A stretch of 32,000 nt of DNA from Mycolicibacterium smegmatis (lineage in GTDB: Bacteria > Actinomycetota > Actinomycetes > Mycobacteriales > Mycobacteriaceae). The stretch lies in contig NZ_LN831039.1 of the NCBI RefSeq assembly GCF_001457595.1, forward strand, positions 1,650,001 to 1,682,000, written 5' to 3'. Below, piece after piece: positions 1 through 9,298 of this stretch. Made by a program: the position numbers and the translations under genes. The number at the start of each line of letters is the position of its first letter. Position 1 is the first letter of the stretch. Under the pieces are notes generated by a model. That model had not been told where the DNA came from and ran no database searches. It worked only from the letters and a program-made list of their open reading frames with translations.

Positions 1-230
1 GCGCGCACCCGGGCGGCCGACTCCGGGAGGACCTTTTCGATGTCAAACTTGCCGTCTGCCAGCATCGTCAACGCCTCGATACCGACCGCCCGCACCAGCG
101 GTGCCGCGAACGGATCGTTGATCAGGCCGTCGGGATCCTGGCTGACGACCGCACGCCCGGCCGCCACCATCGTCGCCGTCGCCCCCACACTCGACGCCAG
201 ATCCCACGTGTCGTTGTCGCTGCGCACCAT
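1..230 (-). CDS. SAM-dependent methyltransferase, mycobacterial Rv0725c/Rv0731c-like family (N-terminal fragment; 3' end lies outside the window)
   Basis: Reverse-strand translation from ATG (complement of 228-230) reads [50 protein letters not shown]..., the same N-terminal signature as the three complete paralogs. It is absent from the ORF track because it runs off the window edge. Confidence 0.8.
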   Translation of the reverse strand, partial: MVRSDNDTWDLASSVGATATMVAAGRAVVSQDPDGLINDPFAAPLVRAVGIEALTMLADGKFDIEKVLPESAARVR

Positions 231-238
231 GGACGTCC

Positions 239-1135
239 TCACTTCAGATGTGCCGAAAGGTAACCCGAGTCGCCCGAGAGTTCGGCCATCTCCTCGGGGA
301 GTTCGAAACCATGATCAGCGTAGGCCTCTTTCGACGGCCGCACCGTGACCTGCCAGCCCAGCCCGCGCAGGTAGTCGCCCGCGGTGTTGCGCTCACCGGT
401 GTAGAAGAGGTCGGCGATGTCCAGCGAGCTGCCCACACGTCGCGACCATTCACCGATTCGCTTGCCGGCACCTTCGGCGAGAATGCGGTGGTCCATGTGC
501 TCGGTGGCCAGCCTGCTGCCCGGAGCCGACAGCGCGGTGATGTTGTCCAGCAGGCGATCCTGGGCCTCGGCAGGCAGATAGATCAGCAGGCCTTCGGCGA
601 TCCATGCGGTCGGCTCGGCCGGATCGAATCCGGCGTCGCGCAGGGCCGCGGGCCAGTCGTCACGAAGATCGACGGCCACCGTGCGGCGTTCTGCGGTGGG
701 CTGGGCGCCCAGATCGGCCAGGGTGCGGGTCTTGAACTCGATCACCTGCGGTTGGTCGACCTCGAACAACACGGTCCCGGCGGGCCAGTCCAGCCGGTAG
801 GCGCGGGTGTCCAGACCCGAGGCCAGGATCACGGCCTGGCGTACCCCGTCGGCACCGGCGGCGATGAAGAGCTCGTCGAAATACCGTGTGCGCACGGCGA
901 TCTGCTCGCACATCCGGTTCAGGTCGAGCATCGGGTCGCCCTCGACGCATGTCTCGCCGTCGGCGAGTGCGATGCAGTGCTCGAGGCCGACGGCCTTGAC
1001 GAGCGCGTCGGCGTACGGGTCGTCGATCAGTGGGTCGGGCTGTTTGGTCGCAAGCGCCCGCATCGCCGCGACGCCGGTCGCGGTGGACCCGACGCTGGTC
1101 GCCAGATCCCAGGTGTCGCCGTCGGTTCGTGTCAT
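239..1135 (-). CDS. SAM-dependent methyltransferase (leucine carboxyl methyltransferase-like, mycobacterial O-methyltransferase family)
   Basis: The track ORF 239-1141 begins at TTG. The ATG at 1135 gives [14 protein letters not shown], matching the paralog N-termini, with AGGAG (complement of 1142-1146) 6 nt upstream. Motifs [13 protein letters not shown] and [11 protein letters not shown] are present. Confidence 0.9.
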   Translation of the reverse strand: MTRTDGDTWDLATSVGSTATGVAAMRALATKQPDPLIDDPYADALVKAVGLEHCIALADGETCVEGDPMLDLNRMCEQIAVRTRYFDELFIAAGADGVRQAVILASGLDTRAYRLDWPAGTVLFEVDQPQVIEFKTRTLADLGAQPTAERRTVAVDLRDDWPAALRDAGFDPAEPTAWIAEGLLIYLPAEAQDRLLDNITALSAPGSRLATEHMDHRILAEGAGKRIGEWSRRVGSSLDIADLFYTGERNTAGDYLRGLGWQVTVRPSKEAYADHGFELPEEMAELSGDSGYLSAHLK

Positions 1136-1144
1136 CGTCAACTC

Positions 1145-2059
1145 CTAACTGCGTGTCGCGGTGATGGCCACCGACTGCCGCATCGCAGCGTTGTCGTCAC
1201 CGGTGAGCGTGAGGTCGGGGAAGGTGCGGCCATATGCGGCGAACACCTCGGGTCGGGGGCGGGTGCTGACCTGCCAGCCGTGGCCGGCGAGATATTCGTC
1301 GGCGGCGTTGCGGTCGCCGCCGTACCAGAGGTCGGACAGGTCGACGTCGAATCCGTGGTCGCGCCACCGCTCGCTCATCGCCTGCCCGCGGCCACGCAGG
1401 GTCGAGGTGATGTCGGGGTGGTACTCGGTGGCCAATCGGCTACCGCGCGCGGACAGCGCGGTGATGTTGTCGAACAAGCGGTCCTGCGCCTCGGGCGGCA
1501 GGTAGACCAGAAGGCCCTCGGCGATCCACGCCGTCGGCGTCGCCGCGTCGAAGCCTGCGGCGTGCAGCGCGGCGGGCCAGTCGTCACGCAGATCCACCGC
1601 GACCGTGCGGCGCTCGGCGGTCGGTGACGCGCCGATCTCGGCCATGGCCGCGGTCTTCGCCTCGATGACGCGAGGTTGGTCGATCTCGTAGACGACGGTG
1701 CCCGCAGGCCAGCCCAGCCGGTAGGCCCGCGAATCGAGCCCCGCGGCGAGGATCACCGCCTGCCGGATGCCCGCGCCTGCCGCGTCGCAGAAGAAGTCGT
1801 CGAAGAACCGTGTCCGCACGGCCATCATCGAGACCATCAACCCGGCGGCGGCCGCGTCGTCGCCGTCCAGTGCGATGTCCCCGTCGACCAACTTGGTGAA
1901 GAACTCCAGGCCGACCTTGCGCACCAGATCGGCGGCGTAGGGATCGTCGATCAGCGCGTTGGGTTCGGTGCTGGCGATCGCGCGGGCGGCGGCCACCATG
2001 GTGGCCGTCGCGCCGACGCTCGACGCGAGGTCCCAGCTGTCGGTGTCCGTCCGTGCCAT
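1145..2059 (-). CDS. SAM-dependent methyltransferase paralog
   Basis: 304 aa starting [24 protein letters not shown], with [13 protein letters not shown] and [11 protein letters not shown] motifs. Only 3 nt separate it from the downstream paralog. Confidence 0.9.
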   Translation of the reverse strand: MARTDTDSWDLASSVGATATMVAAARAIASTEPNALIDDPYAADLVRKVGLEFFTKLVDGDIALDGDDAAAAGLMVSMMAVRTRFFDDFFCDAAGAGIRQAVILAAGLDSRAYRLGWPAGTVVYEIDQPRVIEAKTAAMAEIGASPTAERRTVAVDLRDDWPAALHAAGFDAATPTAWIAEGLLVYLPPEAQDRLFDNITALSARGSRLATEYHPDITSTLRGRGQAMSERWRDHGFDVDLSDLWYGGDRNAADEYLAGHGWQVSTRPRPEVFAAYGRTFPDLTLTGDDNAAMRQSVAITATRS

Positions 2060-2065
2060 CTGCGC

Positions 2066-2980
2066 CTACCTGGTGGCCGTGACGTAGACGACGGACCCGA
2101 TCTGAGCGTCGTCGTCCACCCGCGGCAGCCCGTTGTGGACGAGCAGCTCATCGGAGGTCATGCTCGTGGTCTTCCAGCCGTGGCCCTGCAGGTAGCTCGA
2201 GACGTCGGCGCGATCACCCAGGAAAACCAGCTCGGTGAAGTCCAGATCGAACCCGTGGGCCCGCCAGCGGTCGGAGAAGTCCTTCATCCGGGCCGCGATC
2301 TCCTCGTGGTCCTCCTCCTCAATGGCGGGAATCTCCTCGACGGCGACCCGGCTGCCCGGGGCGCTGAGTTCGGCGATCTGGTCCAGCAGGCGGTCCTGGG
2401 CCTCCGGCGGCAGGTAACCCAGCAGGCCCTCGGCGATCCACGCGGTGGGCTCGGCCGGGTCGAAGCCCGCTTCGGTCAGCGCGGCGGGCCAGTCGAAGCG
2501 CAGATCCACGGCCACGGCGCGGCGGTCGGTGGTGGGCAGTGCACCCAGATCCGCCAGCGCCTTGGTCTTGAACTCGATGACATCGGGTTGGTCGATCTCG
2601 AACACGACGCTCCCGGCCGGCCACGGCAGCCGGTAGGCGCGCGCATCGAGACCTGACGCGAGGATCACGAACTGGCGGACGCCGGCGCGCGCGGCGTCGA
2701 GGAAGAAGTCGTCGAAGAAGCGGGTGCGCGCGGCCATGCCGTTGGCGAACCGGGTCAGCCCCTCGGCGGCCTCCGGCTCGAGGGCCGTGAGGTCGAAGTT
2801 GTCGTCGACCAGTTTGGTGAAGAAGTCGACACCGACCGCGCGTACGAGCGGCGCGGCGAACGGGTCGTCGATGGCCGGTTCATCGGCGTTGGTGGCCAGT
2901 GCCCGCGCAGCGGCGACCATCGTCGCGGTTGCGCCGACGCTGGATGCGAGGTCCCACGTGTCGTTCTCGGTGCGCGCCAT
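2066..2980 (-). CDS. SAM-dependent methyltransferase paralog
   Basis: 304 aa starting [24 protein letters not shown], with [13 protein letters not shown] and [11 protein letters not shown] motifs. A 6 nt gap separates it from the next paralog. Confidence 0.9.
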   Translation of the reverse strand: MARTENDTWDLASSVGATATMVAAARALATNADEPAIDDPFAAPLVRAVGVDFFTKLVDDNFDLTALEPEAAEGLTRFANGMAARTRFFDDFFLDAARAGVRQFVILASGLDARAYRLPWPAGSVVFEIDQPDVIEFKTKALADLGALPTTDRRAVAVDLRFDWPAALTEAGFDPAEPTAWIAEGLLGYLPPEAQDRLLDQIAELSAPGSRVAVEEIPAIEEEDHEEIAARMKDFSDRWRAHGFDLDFTELVFLGDRADVSSYLQGHGWKTTSMTSDELLVHNGLPRVDDDAQIGSVVYVTATR

Positions 2981-3010
2981 GACGCCCCCTTACATGTCTC
3001 AAGATGAGCG

Positions 3011-3037
3011 CCGCACCCGCTGGAACCGCGGGTGCGG
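3011..3037. other. GC-rich hairpin (10 bp perfect stem CCGCACCCGC/GCGGGTGCGG, 7 nt loop) 31 nt upstream of the methyltransferase operon start
   Basis: Read directly from the sequence: arms 3011-3020 and 3028-3037. The arm 10-mer CCGCACCCGC recurs at 3151-3160. Function unknown. Confidence 0.4.
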
Positions 3038-3331
3038 ATATTAGTTAGGCCCTATAACGAGCTGTCGCCGACTGTACGCTTCGAATCTGAAAAGAAACTT
3101 CGACCGAGTGGCAGTCGCCTGGGAGTCGGTCAGAACCGGCGCGGACAAGGCCGCACCCGCCATCGATGCGGGCCGACGCAAGGGCTCCTGTTACTCTCGT
3201 AGACTGTTTGACGGCTGAGTTCGCAGGCTGCGCGCCTGCAGACAAGCCGGACATGACTTGACCATTGACGCTGGACCCACCAGCCCCATTTGGCACGCCG
3301 CGCTGAGAAGGTCGGCTGCGCAGGAGGAAGA

Positions 3332-4657
3332 GTGCTTTCGGCTTTCATCTCGTCGCTGCGAACGGCCGACCTCAGACGCAAGATCCTGTTCACCTTGGGC
3401 CTGGTAATCCTTTACCGGGTCGGTGCCTCGATCCCGTCTCCCGGGGTGAACTACCCCAACGTTCAGCAATGCATCGCGCAGGTCAGCGGTGGCGACTCGG
3501 CTCAGATCTACTCGCTGATCAACCTGTTTTCCGGCGGTGCGCTGCTGCAGCTCACGGTGTTCGCGGTGGGCGTCATGCCCTACATCACCGCGAGCATCAT
3601 CGTGCAGCTGCTCACCGTGGTGATCCCGCGGTTCGAGCAGCTGCGTAAGGAAGGTCAGGCCGGCCAGGCCAAGATGACCCAGTACACGCGGTACCTGTCG
3701 ATCGCGCTCGCGATCCTGCAGGCCACCAGCATCGTGGCGCTCGCGGCCAACGGCGGCCTGCTGCAGGGCTGCTCGCTGGACATCATCCAGGACAGCTCGA
3801 TCTTCGGTCTGATCGTGATCGTGCTGGTCATGACCGCCGGTGCGGCCCTGGTCATGTGGATGGGCGAGCTGGTCACCGAGCGCGGCATCGGCAACGGCAT
3901 GTCGCTGCTGATCTTCGCCGGTATCGCCGCCCGCATCCCCGCCGAGGGCCAGACCATCCTGGAGAGCCGCGGCGGCGTCGTGTTCACCGCCGTGGTCATC
4001 GCCGCGCTGGTGATCATCATCGGCGTGGTGTTCGTCGAGCAGGGCCAGCGCCGCATCCCGGTCCAGTACGCCAAGCGCATGGTGGGCCGCAAGATGTACG
4101 GCGGCACCTCGACCTACCTGCCGCTCAAGGTCAACCAGGCCGGCGTCATCCCCGTCATCTTCGCGTCGTCGCTGATCTACATCCCGCACCTGATCACGCA
4201 GCTGATCCAGAGCGGGAGCTCGAACCCCGGCACCGGCTGGTGGGACAAGTTCGTCGCGGACTACCTGACCAACCCGGCCGACCCCGTTTACATCGCGGTC
4301 TACTTCGGCCTGATCGTGTTCTTCACGTACTTCTACGTGTCGATCACGTTCAACCCCGACGAGCGTGCCGACGAGATGAAGAAGTTCGGCGGCTTCATCC
4401 CGGGTATCCGTCCCGGCAAGCCGACGGCGGACTACCTGAGGTACGTGCTGAGCCGGATCACCCTGCCGGGCTCGATCTACCTCGGCGTGATCGCCGTTCT
4501 GCCCAACCTGTTCCTGGAGATCGGGAACACCGGTTCGGTACAGAACCTGCCGTTCGGCGGGACCGCGGTTCTGATCATGATCGGTGTCGGTCTCGACACC
4601 GTGAAGCAGATCGAGAGCCAGCTGATGCAACGTAACTACGAAGGGTTCCTGAAGTGA
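3332..4657 (+). CDS. secY: Preprotein translocase subunit SecY
   Basis: Multi-pass membrane protein with typical SecY sequence ([38 protein letters not shown]..., ...[18 protein letters not shown]). I trimmed the start to GTG 3332, preceded by AGGAGGA at 3322-3328, giving 441 aa. It is followed by adk and map as in mycobacteria. Confidence 0.95.
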   Translation: MLSAFISSLRTADLRRKILFTLGLVILYRVGASIPSPGVNYPNVQQCIAQVSGGDSAQIYSLINLFSGGALLQLTVFAVGVMPYITASIIVQLLTVVIPRFEQLRKEGQAGQAKMTQYTRYLSIALAILQATSIVALAANGGLLQGCSLDIIQDSSIFGLIVIVLVMTAGAALVMWMGELVTERGIGNGMSLLIFAGIAARIPAEGQTILESRGGVVFTAVVIAALVIIIGVVFVEQGQRRIPVQYAKRMVGRKMYGGTSTYLPLKVNQAGVIPVIFASSLIYIPHLITQLIQSGSSNPGTGWWDKFVADYLTNPADPVYIAVYFGLIVFFTYFYVSITFNPDERADEMKKFGGFIPGIRPGKPTADYLRYVLSRITLPGSIYLGVIAVLPNLFLEIGNTGSVQNLPFGGTAVLIMIGVGLDTVKQIESQLMQRNYEGFLK

Positions 4658-5199
4658 GAGTCGTTCTGCTCGGACCGCCTGGGGCGGGCAAGGGTACGCA
4701 GGCGGAGAAGCTGTCCGAGAAACTCGGCATCCCGCAGATCTCCACCGGGGACCTCTTCCGCAAGAACATCGGTGACGGCACGCCGCTGGGCCTGGAGGCC
4801 AAGCGCTACCTCGACGCCGGCGACCTCGTGCCTGCCGAGCTGACGAACCGTCTGGTCGAGGACCGGATCGACCAGCCCGACGCGGCCGAGGGATTCATCC
4901 TCGACGGCTACCCGCGCTCGGTCGAGCAGGCCGGCGCGCTCAAGGACATGCTGGCCGCGCGCAACACCAAGCTCGACGCGGTGCTGGAGTTCCAGGTGTC
5001 CGAGGACGAGCTGCTGACGCGCCTCAAGGGCCGCGGCCGCGCCGACGACACCGACGAGGTGATCCGCAACCGCATGAAGGTCTACCGCGAGGAGACCGAG
5101 CCGCTGCTGGAGTACTACCGCGACGACCTGAAGACCGTAAACGCAGTAGGTGCGCTCGACGAGGTGTTCGCACGGGCGTTGAGCGCGCTCGGTCAGTGA
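4654..5199 (+). CDS. adk: Adenylate kinase
   Basis: 181 aa with P-loop [11 protein letters not shown] and a short (zinc-less) lid. The GTG start overlaps the secY stop (GTGA). Confidence 0.95.
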   Translation: MRVVLLGPPGAGKGTQAEKLSEKLGIPQISTGDLFRKNIGDGTPLGLEAKRYLDAGDLVPAELTNRLVEDRIDQPDAAEGFILDGYPRSVEQAGALKDMLAARNTKLDAVLEFQVSEDELLTRLKGRGRADDTDEVIRNRMKVYREETEPLLEYYRDDLKTVNAVGALDEVFARALSALGQ

Positions 5200-5218
5200 G
5201 CCCAAGCGGAGCGGTGCC

Positions 5219-6016
5219 GTGATCAATCTGCGTGGAAGACGTAAGCCCAAGGTGGTCACGCAACGCACGTCCGCGGAACTGGACGCCATGGCGGTGGCCG
5301 GTGCGCTCGTCGCGTCGGCCCTGCGGGCCGTCAAGACCGCGGCCGCACCCGGCGTCTCCACCCTGGAACTGGACCGCATCGCCGAAACGGTCATCCGCGA
5401 CGGCGGCGGCACGCCGTCGTTCCTCGGCTACCACGGCTTCCCGGCCAGCATCTGTGCGTCGGTCAACGAACGCGTGGTGCACGGCATCCCCTCGGCCGAC
5501 GAGGTGCTGGCCGCCGGCGACCTGGTCTCCATCGACTGCGGCGCGATCGTCGACGGCTGGCACGGCGACTCCGCCGTGACATTCGGCGTCGGCCCGCTGA
5601 TCCCTGCCGACGAGGCCCTATCGGAGGCGACCAAGGCCGCCATGGAGGCAGGCATCGCCGCAATGGTGCCCGGCAACCGGCTCACCGACGTCTCGCACGC
5701 CATCGAGGTGGAGACGCACGCCGCCGAGAAGCGCGACGACCGCAAGTACGGCATCGTCGCCAACTACGGCGGACACGGGATCGGACGCCAGATGCACATG
5801 GATCCGTTCCTGCCCAACGAGGGCGCCCCGGGCCGCGGACCGTACCTGGCCCCGGGTTCGGTGCTGGCCATCGAACCGATGCTGACCCTCGGCACCACCA
5901 AGACCGTGGTGCTCGACGACGAGTGGACCGTGGTCACCGCCGACGGCACCCGCGCCGCCCACTGGGAGCACACCGTCGCCGTCACCGAGGACGGCCCCCG
6001 CATCCTGACGCAGTAA
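5219..6016 (+). CDS. map: Methionine aminopeptidase type I
   Basis: 265 aa with the pita-bread fold signature: [34 protein letters not shown]. It follows secY-adk. Confidence 0.93.
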   Translation: MINLRGRRKPKVVTQRTSAELDAMAVAGALVASALRAVKTAAAPGVSTLELDRIAETVIRDGGGTPSFLGYHGFPASICASVNERVVHGIPSADEVLAAGDLVSIDCGAIVDGWHGDSAVTFGVGPLIPADEALSEATKAAMEAGIAAMVPGNRLTDVSHAIEVETHAAEKRDDRKYGIVANYGGHGIGRQMHMDPFLPNEGAPGRGPYLAPGSVLAIEPMLTLGTTKTVVLDDEWTVVTADGTRAAHWEHTVAVTEDGPRILTQ

Positions 6017-6079
6017 CACCTTCAGCAATTGCTGGAAAGCGCCGGAACCGTGATGTGGTCGACAGGCGCAAAGGTGTAA

Positions 6080-6107
6080 TGAACTGGATCACGCCCAACG
6101 TCGTATC
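6080..6107 (+). promoter_or_regulatory. Putative SigL-type (ECF) autoregulatory promoter: TGAACT-N16-CGTATC
   Basis: -35-like TGAACT at 6080-6085, a 16 nt spacer, and -10-like CGTATC at 6102-6107, lying 17 nt upstream of the sigL ATG. It resembles the published M. tuberculosis SigL consensus (-35 TGAACC, -10 CGTgtc; quoted from memory). Confidence 0.6.
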
Positions 6108-6124
6108 AATGACGGAGGTTGGGA

Positions 6125-6667
6125 ATGGAGGATCCGGAGGCCGCCATGATGCGGGCGCTCTATGACGAGCACGCCACCGCACTGTGGCGATACGCGCTGC
6201 GCCTGACCGGCGACCCCGCGCGTGCCGAGGATGTCGTGCAGGAGACATTGCTGCGCGCCTGGCGCCACCAACCCGACCTCCGCACCGGTGGCGGAGCCGA
6301 CGGTATCGCCGGTCCCGACCGCTCGCCACGGGCCTGGCTTTTCACCGTGGCACGCAACATGATTATCGATGAACGACGGAGTGCTCGTTTCCGCAACGAG
6401 ACCGACGTCCCCGACCCAGAACAGGTGGCCGATCACGCCACCTCCGACCAGGTGGATACCGCGTTGGACCGGCTTTTGTTGGGCACAGCTCTACGCCAGC
6501 TCTCCGATGACCATCGTGCGGTGATCCGACGCGCCTACTACCAGGGACTGACCACCGGGCAGATCGCGGCCGAGCTGCAGATACCCGAGGGAACCGTGAA
6601 ATCGCGGCTGCACTACGCCGTGCGCGCACTGAAACTGAGCTTGCAGGAGATGGGGGTGACACGATGA
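6125..6667 (+). CDS. sigL: ECF RNA polymerase sigma factor SigL
   Basis: Region 2 (ALWRYALRLTGDPARAEDVVQETLLRAW, AWLFTVARNMIIDERRSARF) and region 4 (TTGQIAAELQIPEGTVKSRLHYAVRAL) motifs are present. Start taken at ATG 6125 with GGAGG 6 nt upstream (the track ORF starts at TTG 6119). The secY-adk-map-sigL-rslA synteny matches M. tuberculosis. Confidence 0.85.
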   Translation: MEDPEAAMMRALYDEHATALWRYALRLTGDPARAEDVVQETLLRAWRHQPDLRTGGGADGIAGPDRSPRAWLFTVARNMIIDERRSARFRNETDVPDPEQVADHATSDQVDTALDRLLLGTALRQLSDDHRAVIRRAYYQGLTTGQIAAELQIPEGTVKSRLHYAVRALKLSLQEMGVTR

Positions 6668-7395
6668 CTCAATCCGAACCCCATCGAATCGGGCCAGTCG
6701 ACCCCGACCGATATTCGACATGGGACGCGGCGTATGTGCTCGGATCGCTGTCCAGCGAGGAGCGCCGCGAATACGAGGCGCACCTGACGACGTGCCCGCA
6801 GTGCCGCGCGGGCGTCGCCGAACTGAGCGGCATGCCCGCGCTGCTGTCGCTGATCGACCTCGACGACGTGCGCGCCATCGACGGCGAGCAGCCCGATTCG
6901 CCACTGCGCCCCGAGGTGCTGGACTCCGTGATGGCCGAGGTGGGCGCGCGCAGGCGCCGCACCCGGTGGCTGACGACATCGGTCGCCGCGCTGGCCGCGG
7001 TGCTGCTGGCGGTCGGGATCGTCGTGCTGGCCCGGCCCGAGACCTTCGGCCTGCAGCGCGGAACCGAACAGCAGACCGCGCAGATGCTGGAGATGTCGAA
7101 GGTCGCGCAGACGCCGATCAACGCCAGCATCGCGCTCACGGGCTACACCTGGGGCACCCGCATCGACATGGCGTGCTCGTACGGCGACTGGGGGAGCAAG
7201 GGCGCCCAACCGCAGGATCTGGGCATGGTGGTTGTCGGCCGCGACGGCAGCCGTGAACAGGTGGCCACCTGGCTGGGGCTCTCCGGGGCGACCGCACTGC
7301 CCAGTGGCAACACCCAGAAGCCGATGGACGACATTGCCGCCATCCAGATGGTGTCGGTCGCCGACGGGAAAGTTCTGCTCGAAAAGAAGCTCTGA
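6664..7395 (+). CDS. rslA: Anti-sigma-L factor, zinc-binding (ZAS) membrane protein RslA
   Basis: H-x3-C-x2-C motif (EAHLTTCPQCRAG), a single TM segment (WLTTSVAALAAVLLAVGIVVLA) and an extracytoplasmic C-terminal domain. The ATGA overlap with sigL indicates translational coupling. Confidence 0.85.
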   Translation: MTQSEPHRIGPVDPDRYSTWDAAYVLGSLSSEERREYEAHLTTCPQCRAGVAELSGMPALLSLIDLDDVRAIDGEQPDSPLRPEVLDSVMAEVGARRRRTRWLTTSVAALAAVLLAVGIVVLARPETFGLQRGTEQQTAQMLEMSKVAQTPINASIALTGYTWGTRIDMACSYGDWGSKGAQPQDLGMVVVGRDGSREQVATWLGLSGATALPSGNTQKPMDDIAAIQMVSVADGKVLLEKKL

Positions 7396-7437
7396 GACCC
7401 GCGATTCGGCGCGACACTCCCGGGCCCTGCTCGGAGT

Positions 7438-7454
7438 CAGCTGTTTGACAGCTG
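7438..7454 (+). terminator. Short hairpin CAGCTGT-TTG-ACAGCTG downstream of rslA (possible terminator or attenuator)
   Basis: Perfect 7 bp stem and 3 nt loop, 43 nt after the rslA stop and 39 nt before the next promoter-like element. There is no U-tract, as is common in mycobacteria. Confidence 0.35.
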
Positions 7455-7492
7455 CGCACCCGGTGGGAAAACAGCGAAAACGCCCATCGGTT

Positions 7493-7520
7493 TGAACCGG
7501 CCCTGCGCACCCCTCGTGTC
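7493..7520 (+). promoter_or_regulatory. Putative SigL-dependent promoter: TGAACC-N16-CGTGTC
   Basis: Exact match to the remembered SigL consensus hexamers (TGAACC 7493-7498, CGTGTC 7515-7520). The 16 nt spacing is the same as in the element upstream of sigL. It lies 29 nt upstream of ATG 7550, with GGGAG in between. Confidence 0.65.
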
Positions 7521-7549
7521 ACTAGGCACACGACGGGAGTAGGTGACAA

Positions 7550-9298
7550 ATGGCCAATGGGTGCAGAGTGGTGGACCACATCGTCGGCTGTCTCGCACAG
7601 AGCGGGATCAGCCACATCTTCGGGGTCGACGGGGCCAACATCGAGGACCTCTACGATGCGGCGTTCTTTCGTGACGACATCACCGCGGTGCTTGCCAAAC
7701 ACGAATTCTCCGCTGCCGCAATGGCAGACGGATACAGCCGCAGCGGCGCCGGGATCGGTGTGGTGGCCGCGACCTCGGGAGGCGGCTGCCTCAACACGGT
7801 GCCGGGGCTCGGCGAATCGCTCGCCAGCCGGGTCCCGGTGCTCGCGCTGATCGGACAACCGCCCACGACGCTCGACGGACAGGGTTCTTTCCAGGACACC
7901 AGCGGCGACAACGGCGCGCTCGACGCGCTTTCGTTGTTCTCGGCCGTGTCGGTGTACTGCCGCCGGGTGCTCTCACCCGATGCGATCCACACCGTGCTGC
8001 CGGAGGCGCTTGCCGCCGCACGTACCGGCGGACCGGCAGTGTTGTTGCTGCCCAAGGATGTTCAGCAGGCAGTGCTCGGTGAGCACGTCAACGGGCACGT
8101 TCCCGTCATGCAGCTGGGAACCCGGATCTCCGAGCTGACCATGATGGTGCGGGCACTGCGCCGCGCCGACGGGCCCATCACGATCTTCGCCGGGGAGCAG
8201 GTCGCCAGGGACGATGCCCGCGCCGAACTGGAACGGCTGCGCGCTACCCTGCGCGCCCGTATCGCCACCGTGCCCGACGCGAAAGACGTCGGCGGCACGC
8301 CGGGTTTCGGGTCGTCGTCGGCCCTCGGGGTGTGCGGGGTGATGGGACATCCGGGTGTCGTCGCGGCAGCCGCGGGAAGCGGGGCGTGCCTGCTGGTGGG
8401 GACCCGCATGACCGTGACCGCGCGCGCCGGCCTCGACGGTGTGCTGGGTTCGGTGCCCACGTACTCGATCGGCTCGCAGCAGCCGTACGTGCCCGCCACG
8501 CACGTGCACACCGACGACCTGCGCGGCGCGCTGACGATGCTGGCCGAGGCGCTGACCGGCAACGGCAGGCCGCACCAGATCCGCGTCCCGGATGTGGTGC
8601 CGCACACCGAACTACCGACACCACCCCATGACGGGCCCGGCATCCGGTACCGCGACGCGATGCGCGTGCTCGACCGGGCGCTGCCCGACGGTACCGACAT
8701 CGTCGTCGACGCGGGCAACATCGGGGCGTCGGCCATCCACCACCTGCCGGTGCGCCGCGACGGACGCTTCCTCGTCGCGCTCGGGATGGGCGGCATGGGG
8801 TACAGCTTCGGCGCGGGCATCGGCATGACCTTCCACCGCGCCGCCCGGCCCGACCCGCACGGGCAGCGGCGTACCGTGGTGATCGCCGGTGACGGGTCGT
8901 TCTTCATGCACGGCATGGAAATTCACACCGCCGTGCAGTACCGGCTCCCCATCACCTTCCTGCTGTTCGACAACCACGCACACGCCATGTGCGTCACACG
9001 CGAGCAGTTGTTCTACGGCGACCGCTACACCTACAACCGATTCGGCCCGAGCCATCTCGGCGCCGGACTCGCCGCGATGCTGCCCGGACTGACCGCGCTG
9101 GACGTCGACGACATCGATGATCTGTCCGCCGCACTCGACGCCGCGTTGCGCACCGACGGCCCGGTAGTCATCAGCGTCGAATGCTCGCCCGACGAAATCC
9201 CCCCGTTCGCAGCGTTTCTCGGCACCGCAACCGAAATCGCAACCGCAACCACCCCGAACACACAGGAGAACGATTCCCATGCCACTGCCCGCGCTTGA
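7550..9298 (+). CDS. Thiamine diphosphate-dependent enzyme (acetolactate synthase / benzoylformate or indolepyruvate decarboxylase-like)
   Basis: 582 aa. N-terminal PYR domain (GISHIFGVDGANIEDLYDA, catalytic-Glu context AKHEFSAAAMADGYSR) and C-terminal ThDP-binding motif GDGSFFMHGMEIHTAVQYRLPITFLLFDNHAHAM. Confidence 0.88.
   Translation: MANGCRVVDHIVGCLAQSGISHIFGVDGANIEDLYDAAFFRDDITAVLAKHEFSAAAMADGYSRSGAGIGVVAATSGGGCLNTVPGLGESLASRVPVLALIGQPPTTLDGQGSFQDTSGDNGALDALSLFSAVSVYCRRVLSPDAIHTVLPEALAAARTGGPAVLLLPKDVQQAVLGEHVNGHVPVMQLGTRISELTMMVRALRRADGPITIFAGEQVARDDARAELERLRATLRARIATVPDAKDVGGTPGFGSSSALGVCGVMGHPGVVAAAAGSGACLLVGTRMTVTARAGLDGVLGSVPTYSIGSQQPYVPATHVHTDDLRGALTMLAEALTGNGRPHQIRVPDVVPHTELPTPPHDGPGIRYRDAMRVLDRALPDGTDIVVDAGNIGASAIHHLPVRRDGRFLVALGMGGMGYSFGAGIGMTFHRAARPDPHGQRRTVVIAGDGSFFMHGMEIHTAVQYRLPITFLLFDNHAHAMCVTREQLFYGDRYTYNRFGPSHLGAGLAAMLPGLTALDVDDIDDLSAALDAALRTDGPVVISVECSPDEIPPFAAFLGTATEIATATTPNTQENDSHATARA

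Noticed and set aside
248-1627. 459 aa plus-strand ORF (and similar ones at 1676-2656 and 807-1148) overlapping the methyltransferase genes
   Set aside because: It is antisense to genes with clear family signatures. The translation is low-complexity (G/R/A/V/D-rich) with no recognisable motifs. Long mirror-frame ORFs are expected at this GC content.
3022-3046. GGAAC-N17-GTT, resembling SigE/SigH-type ECF promoters, facing secY
   Set aside because: Only 8 specified bases. It lies inside the 3011-3037 hairpin and about 285 nt from the secY start. A chance match is plausible across the intergenic DNA scanned, so I do not report it as a promoter.
3191-4630. 479 aa minus-strand ORF and 259 aa plus-strand ORF (3856-4635) overlapping secY
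   Set aside because: SecY is unambiguous in its own frame. The alternatives translate to D/R/H/G-rich sequence without motifs and are high-GC artefacts.
6023-6034. Perfect 12 bp palindrome CAGCAATTGCTG just after the map stop codon
   Set aside because: It has no loop, so it is a poor terminator. It is short enough to occur by chance and no partner site or regulator is evident. I noted it only in case it is a protein-binding site.
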